64,000 nucleotides of DNA from Deltaproteobacteria bacterium. GTDB taxonomy: Bacteria; Desulfobacterota; GWC2-55-46; DRQE01. Of this stretch, positions 20,590-28,538 are shown piece by piece. Location of the stretch: the NCBI GenBank assembly GCA_029858205.1, contig JAOUFM010000003.1, forward strand, positions 210,936 to 274,935. Direction: 5' to 3'. Below the pieces are notes generated by a model. That model saw only the letters and a program-made list of their open reading frames with translations, was not told the origin of the DNA and did not search any database. The stretch's first letter is position 1; every line of letters starts with the position of its first letter. A program made the translations under genes and the position numbers.

Positions 20590-20775
20590 ATGGGTAAAGA
20601 GATAAAAATAAAGATAACACCCGACGGCAAGGTCGAGATAGATTCGACCGTGTTCAAGGACTGTAAAGAGGTGGCCGAACACCTATCGAAGGTCATAGGA
20701 AAGGTCGAGGTCTTCACCATAAAAGAAGAACACGAGCGCGAAGAAAAACTTCGCATAAAAAAAGGCGACAAATAA
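20590..20775 (+). CDS. DUF2997-like small protein
   Basis: 61 aa. IKIKITPDGKVEIDSTVFKDCKEVAEHLSKVIG resembles the I.I..DG.V......G..C......L...LG pattern of DUF2997 as I recall it. It has a Lys/Glu-rich tail and a 2-nt gap from the previous gene. Confidence 0.45.
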   Translation: MGKEIKIKITPDGKVEIDSTVFKDCKEVAEHLSKVIGKVEVFTIKEEHEREEKLRIKKGDK

Positions 20776-20779
20776 GCAC

Positions 20780-21364
20780 ATGGCATCGTCGATATTCATA
20801 GACACGCACGCGATAATCGAGAGGTCGCGTGTAAACGGCCCAGGACAGAGGCTGGTGGTCTTTTTCCAGGGCTGTCACAGGAACTGTCCTGGCTGCTTCA
20901 ATCCGGCAACGCACTCAATCGGCACTGGCGTCAAATACGGCATACGGGAGATATTCGCGCGTTTCCTCTCTAAAAACGTAAGCGGCTTAACTGTTAGCGG
21001 AGGTGAGCCGTTTCTGCAAAGCGCGGCGCTCTGTGAACTGCTTAAAACCGCAAAACGCGAACACGGCCTTACGACCGCCGTGTACACGGGATTCACGATA
21101 GAGGAAATACGTTCATCAACGGAGCTTAGCCCTGCGCTCGAGCACATAGACGTGCTCATAGACGGGGCGTTCGACGAAAACAACACAGAAAGGACAACTC
21201 TTGCAAGAGGTTCCACAAACCAGCGCCTTCACTTTCTCTCCGGCGTTTATTCGATAGATGATTTTATTTTGCCAGGCAAAGCGGAGATAATAATCAACAA
21301 GGACGGTTCGGTGGTAGAGACCGGATTTTCGAAGCCGGCGGGAATAAACTCCATCCTCTTGTAA
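20780..21364 (+). CDS. NrdG/PflA-like radical-SAM activating enzyme (4Fe-4S single-cluster domain)
   Basis: SRVNGPGQRLVVFFQGCHRNCPGCFNPATH carries the CX3CX2C cluster motif (C32, C36, C39) in the NrdG-type context, and VSGGEPF is the SAM-binding GGE motif. 194 aa. Confidence 0.75.
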   Translation: MASSIFIDTHAIIERSRVNGPGQRLVVFFQGCHRNCPGCFNPATHSIGTGVKYGIREIFARFLSKNVSGLTVSGGEPFLQSAALCELLKTAKREHGLTTAVYTGFTIEEIRSSTELSPALEHIDVLIDGAFDENNTERTTLARGSTNQRLHFLSGVYSIDDFILPGKAEIIINKDGSVVETGFSKPAGINSILL

Positions 21365-21377
21365 AACGACCCACACC

Positions 21378-24161
21378 ATGACGATAGAGAACTTCTTCAG
21401 GGACAATTCCGGCATAGCGCGCACAAGCGCAGTTGAGCAGCGCGACGCGGCGCTAAAATACCTGCGCTCGCTGCCAGAGTCTAGCGACAGGGCCGAGGAC
21501 TTCAAATCGGCGTACGCGTACATACGAAACATCAGCGACGCCGAAGAAATGCGAAACGCACTCATCGAGCTTGCCATCACGATGCCAAAGCACGGCCCGT
21601 GCATGGACCTGTTTAAAGAAGTGTTCCCCGGCGCCATCAACTCCACAGACGCCATACCCGAGCCCATACACCGCAAATCAACGCTTACGCGCCTTGTAGA
21701 CTGCGTGCCCGACAAACCGGAGTACGCCGAGGCATACGCGCGCGTCGTGGAAAAATACATCGAGGCCGCAGACAAGATAGACGACCGCTTTGCGCGGCGC
21801 TACGCGCTTGCGGAAATTGCATCGAGACTCAAACACAGGGACGAATACGAAGCCCTCATGCTCCATGCCATGAAGGTGAGCCTCGGGTTTGCCGGCCTTC
21901 CGGGCTTTAGGCAATACTCGCTTCCCGAGATAGCAAGGGAACTTCCGAAAAGCTGCGACGTGGAGGTCTACAGAAACCACACATTCCTCGGGCTTGCGTT
22001 CTCGCTGCCGCACAGGGGCGAGTTCCTCGAACTCTTCAAAAAGGCCCTGACCACGGCCATCGAGTCAACGGAGCACATCGTTGAGCCGTATTACAAGAAA
22101 TACGCCCTTCTCTTCATGGCCAACAGGCTGCCCGAGACAGCAGAGTTTTTACCGCTAAGAAAGAGCGCTTTCAGGGCCGCCCTTGCCTCGGTCGACACGC
22201 TCGCCGACAGCTTCGCCAGGCAGTACGGATATAACGAATTCCTAAAGGACGTGCCAAAGACGCGCGAATTCTCCGACATACTGCTCGATACGGTCGAGAA
22301 GAGCCTTCCGTTCTTTTCTCTAAGAAGCCAGATGTCGGACTACGAGCCCATAGAGATACTCGACCGGATACTGATCGTCGCGGACAAAAAAATATCGGAT
22401 TCGAAGAAAAAACATTACACCCGCTTCCATTACGCCGATTTTTTCCTGAAACAGCTGAACCTGATAGCCGATAACTTAAACGATGTGCGCCTTCTGGAAA
22501 TTCTAAGGCCCTACACGCACGTATGGGTAAGGCCAAAAACTTTCAGGGACTCGATACGCAAGGTGTTCGACAAGGTCTCGTCCTTAAAAGGCAGATACCA
22601 CGGCGCCGAAGTAGAGCGTCCACTTTATGTCAGCGAGGCATGCCTCGGCATAGACAAACGAAGCCGCACGGCATCCGTTATGGCGGATACGCGCGAAGGC
22701 TACGCGCTCTCGATAGACCTTGGCGCCACCAATACCGTTGTAATGCTTAAAAAACCCGGGGCATTCCCGGAATTCGTCAACATAGAAGGATTATCCGAAA
22801 CCATCGGAAGCGTTGCCTTCATAAGCACGGCAGTAGACAAGAACAACGACTTGATAGGCGCTGCGGCGCCGGCCCAGTCGCGCTCGAACAACATAAAAAA
22901 ACTGTTCATGGAAGGCGACGAAGAGGGGCGCGAGCTCATCGAGAAGTTTTTCCGCATCCTGTACTCCAGAATAAAGGAATCTGTCGAGGTGCCCGGGTTT
23001 TTCAAGAAACTTTCCGGCAGGATTTTCGATACCGTTTCCGTGACAGTGCCGGTCGGGTATACGGATTACAGCGGCGAACTTACCAGAATCATCGAAAAAT
23101 ACGCGGGCAGCGCGCGCATAAAGCTCGTGGAAGAGCCGCTTGCTGCGGCGATAGGCTATAACGTGGCGGAGAAAAAGGAAAAATTCGTCCTTGTTCTCGA
23201 CTTTGGCGGCTGCACGCTCGACCCGATGCTTTTAAGGCTCTCTACCGACATGACACACGTCATAGCAAAGCCCGACAGATCCAAGATGCTTGGCGGGCGC
23301 GACATAGACCGCTGGGTGGCCGAGTACGTGAACGAAAAGCATAACCTTAGGACCAACCCTTCGGGGCACGAGGCCCTGACTGCGGCAGAGGCGCTGAAAA
23401 TAGAACTTAGCGCCAAAAACTCGGCGAAGTTCGTGTTTGGCGGCCGCGATATCGCGGAACTTACGCGCATAGAGTTCGAGGAGCTTCTCTCGCGCAGAGG
23501 GTTCTACAGCGACATAGACAGGGAACTTTCGAACGTGCTAAAAAAGGCTTCGAAGCTCGGCGTTTATAAATCCATGATAGAGGCCGTCATCATAACCGGG
23601 GGCTCTTCGCAGATACCGTCGTTCAAGGAAAAGATATCTCACTACTTCCACAACCTGGCCGTGCAAAACGCGATATACGACCACAGCCCGCTGTCGTCGG
23701 TCGCAAGGGGCGCGGCCCTCTACGGCACGGCCTCGGTGCTGGACCGCCACCTGGCCATGGCGTACGCAATAAAGCACATTGCAAGGGAAGAGGAAAAACA
23801 GTTTGCCTACGAAATCGTACTCGAAAAGGGCGAATCGCTTCCGTTCAAAAAGACCTTGCGCTTTACTCCTGCCATGACGCTCGGTGGACAGAAGGAAATA
23901 TTTCTCGAACTCTTCGAGGTGCCCGATTCCCTTATCGTACGGCGCTGGATATCCGAGGGCGGCATGGAGTTCATAAAGCAAATACTTAAGCACACGCCCG
24001 ACGAACTCGATCTGAGGGCTTTCAAGACCGTCACGCTTTCATTCGACGCTCCTATAGAAGGAAGCACAGACATCACATTTATAGTGGAAGAGAACGGACG
24101 ATTGAAGGTGCGCTACGAAAAAGACGGCCGCGAACTTGCAACCGACATACACCTTCAGTAA
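21378..24161 (+). CDS. 927-aa protein: N-terminal alpha-helical repeat region (about 440 aa) plus C-terminal Hsp70/DnaK-like actin-fold ATPase with beta-rich tail
   Basis: Hsp70 motifs are SIDLGATNTVV (phosphate-1, from about aa 445), EEPLAAAIGYN, VLVLDFGGCTLD (phosphate-2) and VIITGGSSQIPSF (adenosine). The N-terminus has recurring segments such as FARRYALAEIASRL, YYKKYALLFMANRLPETAEF, FARQYGYNEFLKDVPKTREF and YSLPEIARELPKS. Confidence 0.75.
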   Translation: MTIENFFRDNSGIARTSAVEQRDAALKYLRSLPESSDRAEDFKSAYAYIRNISDAEEMRNALIELAITMPKHGPCMDLFKEVFPGAINSTDAIPEPIHRKSTLTRLVDCVPDKPEYAEAYARVVEKYIEAADKIDDRFARRYALAEIASRLKHRDEYEALMLHAMKVSLGFAGLPGFRQYSLPEIARELPKSCDVEVYRNHTFLGLAFSLPHRGEFLELFKKALTTAIESTEHIVEPYYKKYALLFMANRLPETAEFLPLRKSAFRAALASVDTLADSFARQYGYNEFLKDVPKTREFSDILLDTVEKSLPFFSLRSQMSDYEPIEILDRILIVADKKISDSKKKHYTRFHYADFFLKQLNLIADNLNDVRLLEILRPYTHVWVRPKTFRDSIRKVFDKVSSLKGRYHGAEVERPLYVSEACLGIDKRSRTASVMADTREGYALSIDLGATNTVVMLKKPGAFPEFVNIEGLSETIGSVAFISTAVDKNNDLIGAAAPAQSRSNNIKKLFMEGDEEGRELIEKFFRILYSRIKESVEVPGFFKKLSGRIFDTVSVTVPVGYTDYSGELTRIIEKYAGSARIKLVEEPLAAAIGYNVAEKKEKFVLVLDFGGCTLDPMLLRLSTDMTHVIAKPDRSKMLGGRDIDRWVAEYVNEKHNLRTNPSGHEALTAAEALKIELSAKNSAKFVFGGRDIAELTRIEFEELLSRRGFYSDIDRELSNVLKKASKLGVYKSMIEAVIITGGSSQIPSFKEKISHYFHNLAVQNAIYDHSPLSSVARGAALYGTASVLDRHLAMAYAIKHIAREEEKQFAYEIVLEKGESLPFKKTLRFTPAMTLGGQKEIFLELFEVPDSLIVRRWISEGGMEFIKQILKHTPDELDLRAFKTVTLSFDAPIEGSTDITFIVEENGRLKVRYEKDGRELATDIHLQ

Positions 24162-24168
24162 AACGCGC

Positions 24169-24654
24169 CTATGCGTGGGATTTAAGGATTTTCTCTACGA
24201 TGTTCGTGGTGGAGAGCCCTTTTACGAGCCGTATCCTGGCAACGCGCCCGCCGTTTGCCATAACAACGTCCTCGCCGACTATCTGCCCTTTTTTCCAATC
24301 AGCGCCCTTTACAAGGATATCCGGCTTTACCGCGGTTATGAGCTTAATGGGTGTTGAATCGCCAAAGAGCACGACATAATCGACAAATCCGAGCGCCGAG
24401 AGCACCTCTGCGCGCTCTTTCTCCGGAACTATGGGGCGTTTGTGGCCTTTGATGCCCCTTACGGAAGAATCGCTGTTTAGACCGATAACGAGCACATCGC
24501 CAAGCGATGCCGCCTTTTTAAGATACCTCACATGCCCGGCATGCAGGATATCGAAACAGCCGTTCGTGAAAACAACCTTTTTCCTCTTCGCCTTTTGCCT
24601 TTTCAGGCATGTAAGCAGTTTTTTAAGCCCTACGATCTCTCCCACGCCTCGCAC
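24169..24654 (-). CDS. hldC: D-glycero-beta-D-manno-heptose 1-phosphate adenylyltransferase (RfaE domain II type, stand-alone)
   Basis: VVFTNGCFDILHAGHVRYLKKAASLGDVLVIGLNSDSSV is the cytidylyltransferase-fold HxGH motif in the RfaE-II context. 161 aa. Confidence 0.85.
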   Translation of the reverse strand: MRGVGEIVGLKKLLTCLKRQKAKRKKVVFTNGCFDILHAGHVRYLKKAASLGDVLVIGLNSDSSVRGIKGHKRPIVPEKERAEVLSALGFVDYVVLFGDSTPIKLITAVKPDILVKGADWKKGQIVGEDVVMANGGRVARIRLVKGLSTTNIVEKILKSHA

Positions 24655-24684
24655 CGCGCAATGTTCGACATTCGTATAACGATA

Positions 24685-25431
24685 TCACAGTTTGACTGCC
24701 ATGGCAAACGTGGCAACATAGACCGCTGCCCCGGCCCTGGCAAGCACCTTTGAGCACTCGGCTATGGTCGCTCCGGTGGTACACACGTCGTCGATGAGAA
24801 GAACGCGCCTGTTCTTTACCGCGCCCTTGTCCCTGAGCGCAAAGGCGTCTTTCACGTTCGCACTCCGCTCGTTGTGCTCGAGCTCGACCTGCGGCCTGGT
24901 GTGCCTGATCCTTTCGAGATTGTCGTAAGAAAGGCGTGCGCCAAGCCTTTTCGAAACCTCGCGCGCTATAAGAAGCGACTGGTTAAAACCGCGCTCCCTT
25001 AGCCGTTTTAAATGAAGCGGCACGGGCATGACCGTATCGAAGCCGCCTTCGCCAAGACCTTTCGCAGCCAGAGACACCCACTTGGCCATCGGCCGCGCAA
25101 GCTCGGTCTTTTTATTGTACTTTAAATCGCGCACCGCCTCCGCAACATTGCCATCGTAGAAAAACGCACTGCGCATCGCCTCGAACCAGCGCTTTTCCGT
25201 AAGACATTCGCCGCAGCTACCCGGCGTTTCTATCGCTCCGGCAAAAGGCCTGCCGCATTTTACGCAGTGCGCAGCATCGGATATCTTCCTGATACTATCG
25301 AGACAGGCATTGCAAAGCCAGCTGTCCGAAGCTGTCTTGCCGCAAAAGCGGCAGAGGTTCGGGAAAAACACGTCCAGAAAAGGCAGCGCAAAAGTTTTCG
25401 CCCTTTTTCCAAGCTCCGTTGCCGTTATCAT
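24685..25431 (-). CDS. comF: ComF family protein (phosphoribosyltransferase domain with N-terminal Cys-rich zinc finger)
   Basis: N-terminal CRFCG...CNAC...CVKCGRP...CGEC cysteines, and the PRTase motif VLLIDDVCTTGATI. Confidence 0.8.
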   Translation of the reverse strand: MITATELGKRAKTFALPFLDVFFPNLCRFCGKTASDSWLCNACLDSIRKISDAAHCVKCGRPFAGAIETPGSCGECLTEKRWFEAMRSAFFYDGNVAEAVRDLKYNKKTELARPMAKWVSLAAKGLGEGGFDTVMPVPLHLKRLRERGFNQSLLIAREVSKRLGARLSYDNLERIRHTRPQVELEHNERSANVKDAFALRDKGAVKNRRVLLIDDVCTTGATIAECSKVLARAGAAVYVATFAMAVKL

Positions 25432-27026
25432 GCCAGGCCCCCTTTGGGCGCTGCAGGCAGCTTGACCGTGAACACCGAACCCTTGCCAGGCTTGCTATCT
25501 ACGAAGATATTGCCGCCGTGCTCCCTGACTATGCCCCTGCTAACGCTAAGGCCAAGGCCGGTGCCTACCCCAGGCTCTTTTGTCGTAAAGAACGGCTCGA
25601 AAAGCCTTGCCACCGTTCTCTCATCCATTCCCGTGCCCGTATCGCTGACACTTAATATGACATGACGTGAGTCAGGGCCGTCCTCGCACTCCGTTGCAAG
25701 CACAATCTCTCCGCCGCCAGGCATGGCGTCCCGCGCGTTGGCAACGAGATTTACGATTACCTGCTCGAGCCTGGTAGAATCGCCGATAACAGGCGGCAGC
25801 GTTCCTTTTTCAAACCTGACCTCTACACCGCTTTTCTTTAGTATCTCGCCAACGACTATGAACGCATCGTCGATAACGGCATTTAAGTCCACCTGTTTGT
25901 ACACGGGATTATCCTGACGCATGAACACGCGAAGATGCCCGACTACATTTTCCATCTTTCTTGCCGCAGAGTCTATTACTTTTAATTTTTCGAACACATC
26001 GGCGTCCATGCCTTCCTTTTTAAGAAGGTGCTGGGTAAGCCCGCTTACCACCGTAAGCGGCTGCCTTAGCTCGTGCGCGAGCACGGCAGACATCTCGCCA
26101 AGGGCCCTAAGCTTCGAGACCTGCGTCAGATGGTCCTGTGCCTGCTTGAGTTCGTTGTACGCGGCCTTCAAGTCCTTTTCTCCGTCATCGAGGATCTTTA
26201 CCATGCCAACAAGGCTGTCGACCACTTCCTCGTGCCTGCGCTCTCTTTGCTCAAGCTCCCTTTTTACCGCGCGCACCTCGCTACGTAACTCTTCGACCTT
26301 GCCCGTCTCCGTAAACACAATGACAAAACCGTCCCTTATGGTATCGAGTTTCATGGCAGCGGCCCGGATGCGTTTTTTTACTCCGCCGATTCTGGCTTCA
26401 ACGGTCATCGGGGAAGAACCAAGCACATCCATATCAACATCGCCCAAGACCTGCGCTATGTTTGGCCCCTTGGCCCCGGCATAAACGAGACCAAATGTAT
26501 CCAGAAACGTCTTGCCTGCATACAGAATGTTCCCCTTCGAATCAACGGCACAGACAAAAAAATCGCTCACAGACAAGGCCTTGCTTACTATCTCCACCTC
26601 TGCCTCCACGAGACCAACGGCCCTGCCAAGCATCGATACAAGCCCATCGTCTTTTCCGTGCTTTTTTGCCACTCCCGACATTTCAAGCCTGCTCCACTTC
26701 AATTCCAGCAAACTGCTTCTTTTAACGACCGCCGCTGCCCCGACAAACAACGTATCCAATATAGCCACTATCTTCTTCCAGAAAATAACGGAAAATACGA
26801 TACCGACCGCCAGGCCTACCAGGACAGAAAACCCAAAACTGACATATTGCGCCTGCTCCAGTATCTTTTCAGGCTCGACGGCGCCAAGTATATTCGAACT
26901 ATCCACATCCTCGACATAAAAAAGAAAAACAACCCTGGCGCCAAGGGCAATCAGCACAACGCCAAGCATTGCCGCCAGAATCGAAAGCGAAAGTTTTTTT
27001 CTTACATCCAAGAATTCTTTATGCAT
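25428..27026 (-). CDS. membrane sensor histidine kinase (2 TM, PAS-like, HisKA, HATPase_c)
   Basis: The H-box is LGEMSAVLAHELRQPLT. The N/G boxes are NLVANARDAM, DTGTGMD and GTGLGLSVSRGIV. It overlaps comF by 4 nt (ATGA). Confidence 0.85.
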   Translation of the reverse strand: MHKEFLDVRKKLSLSILAAMLGVVLIALGARVVFLFYVEDVDSSNILGAVEPEKILEQAQYVSFGFSVLVGLAVGIVFSVIFWKKIVAILDTLFVGAAAVVKRSSLLELKWSRLEMSGVAKKHGKDDGLVSMLGRAVGLVEAEVEIVSKALSVSDFFVCAVDSKGNILYAGKTFLDTFGLVYAGAKGPNIAQVLGDVDMDVLGSSPMTVEARIGGVKKRIRAAAMKLDTIRDGFVIVFTETGKVEELRSEVRAVKRELEQRERRHEEVVDSLVGMVKILDDGEKDLKAAYNELKQAQDHLTQVSKLRALGEMSAVLAHELRQPLTVVSGLTQHLLKKEGMDADVFEKLKVIDSAARKMENVVGHLRVFMRQDNPVYKQVDLNAVIDDAFIVVGEILKKSGVEVRFEKGTLPPVIGDSTRLEQVIVNLVANARDAMPGGGEIVLATECEDGPDSRHVILSVSDTGTGMDERTVARLFEPFFTTKEPGVGTGLGLSVSRGIVREHGGNIFVDSKPGKGSVFTVKLPAAPKGGLA

Positions 27027-27032
27027 TTATAT

Positions 27033-28298
27033 TTACGTCTCTTCCCGAAAATCGTCCTTAACGCCCCGCTCTCGAAGCGTTTGGCTGCCGAATGTTCCGG
27101 CCTCCTGTTTATGCATTTCCCTTTTTACGGCAAGTATGGCCAGGTCCTCGAGATTCTTTATTGCCGCCTTCAGTTTTTGCTCGCTTTCCTCGGCCCTGAC
27201 CCTTGCCTCTACGGCCTCGTCCATAAGACGCTTTTTTTCGCTCACATCTCTGGCAACAAGCAGCGCAGACTCGATTTTTCCGCCCGATGCAAGCGGCACT
27301 GCGGTTATATCCCATATACCGTCTTTGCTGCCGCCAAACTCCCTTGGTTCCTGCGGCCTTCCGTCGAACACAGCGGCCAGGAACGCTTTATAATCCAAGT
27401 CCGCTGACTTATCCATGAAATCGCCAAAGCGCGCGCCAAGGAGCCCGCTGCCGCTTTTCTTTAAAAGCCTCATCGCCCCGTGGTTCGCGTACTTTATCCT
27501 GCCGGCCCGGTCAAGTTCTACAACGCAGTCGGGCAATGACTCGAGTATCTCAATATAATGCGCTATGGAGTCCTTCAGCATAGCAACTGCCGCGTTATAA
27601 TATGCCGCGATATCGGCCAACTCGACAGTTCCTTTTTCGTCAAGTTGATAATTATAATTACCTTTGGCAAGGCACTCCATGCCAAGAACCGTGTTTTCAA
27701 GCGGCTCGACAACGATTCTACGATTAATAAGATACATTATCAAAAAACACACAACGAAGAATACGGCAAAGGCCGCTGTCATGGTCTTCATTCGCATGAC
27801 ATTTGCCGCATAATGCGCGGACATAAGCCGCACATTATCGTCTATCTGGTTTATCAGGCCCGGAATCAATACATCGAGGATCTCCGTCCGCTTACTTCTG
27901 CTGACTTTCTTATCTTTAAACTCCTTTAATGCGGTCTTTACGTTCCCCCAGCCCGCCTCAGTTGCATTAAGGCTTTTTATTATTTCCTCATTCTCGGCAA
28001 AACCCGATGTTCCATACCTGGCATCTCCGTGCTTGAGGCCATAGAGAACGCTGTCTACCTGCCCGATGTTTTCATCCAGCGCATGGGAAATTCTATCAAA
28101 TTCAGCCTCCGAAGCATTCACAGACCTTAAAACAAGATTCTGTATAGACACTACGAAAAACCTCTGACGCCCCACAAGGTTTATTTCCCCATGGCTGCCG
28201 TGGAGCGTATTAACCGTATTGACCATTAACGCAAAAAATATAATGGCAATAAGCAACAACACTCCTATGAATGATTTTGCCAGATTGGCGGATTTCAT
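27033..28298 (-). CDS. membrane sensor protein (PilJ-type N-terminal sensor helix bundle, HAMP, PAS, coiled coil) without output domain
   Basis: The LVGRQRFF motif is typical of PilJ/NarX-like periplasmic sensor domains. It also has a TM segment, a HAMP-like INRRIVVEPL...AYYNAAVAMLKD, a PAS-like ILESLPDCVVELDRAGRIKYANHGAMRLL, and a C-terminal charged coiled coil. It ends 6 nt before the kinase gene. Confidence 0.6.
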   Translation of the reverse strand: MKSANLAKSFIGVLLLIAIIFFALMVNTVNTLHGSHGEINLVGRQRFFVVSIQNLVLRSVNASEAEFDRISHALDENIGQVDSVLYGLKHGDARYGTSGFAENEEIIKSLNATEAGWGNVKTALKEFKDKKVSRSKRTEILDVLIPGLINQIDDNVRLMSAHYAANVMRMKTMTAAFAVFFVVCFLIMYLINRRIVVEPLENTVLGMECLAKGNYNYQLDEKGTVELADIAAYYNAAVAMLKDSIAHYIEILESLPDCVVELDRAGRIKYANHGAMRLLKKSGSGLLGARFGDFMDKSADLDYKAFLAAVFDGRPQEPREFGGSKDGIWDITAVPLASGGKIESALLVARDVSEKKRLMDEAVEARVRAEESEQKLKAAIKNLEDLAILAVKREMHKQEAGTFGSQTLRERGVKDDFREET

Positions 28299-28538
28299 AG
28301 GCCCTATAAAATCAATTTTTATGTATAAATCGGTTTGGTTTTTAAGGAAACGTTTAGCTGCGCTACTTACTGTATAATTATACCAAATATTATTATTATA
28401 TCAAGCCGTAATTCCGGCTCAGGTATATCAATTAACGTTCCTGCGTAAGCTCATAAAAAACTTTCATTTAAATTGCCGCTATGTTATCCTTTTATTCTTA
28501 AAGTATAGCGTAAAACTTACGCGCCAAATCGGACAACC

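Noticed and set aside
17920-24168. Five-gene cassette as a mobile element or prophage remnant
   Set aside because: I saw no transposase, integrase, recombinase, terminal inverted or direct repeats, or tRNA at its borders. By eye its codon usage matches the neighbouring core genes. It is treated as a chromosomal operon, although horizontal origin cannot be excluded without compositional statistics.
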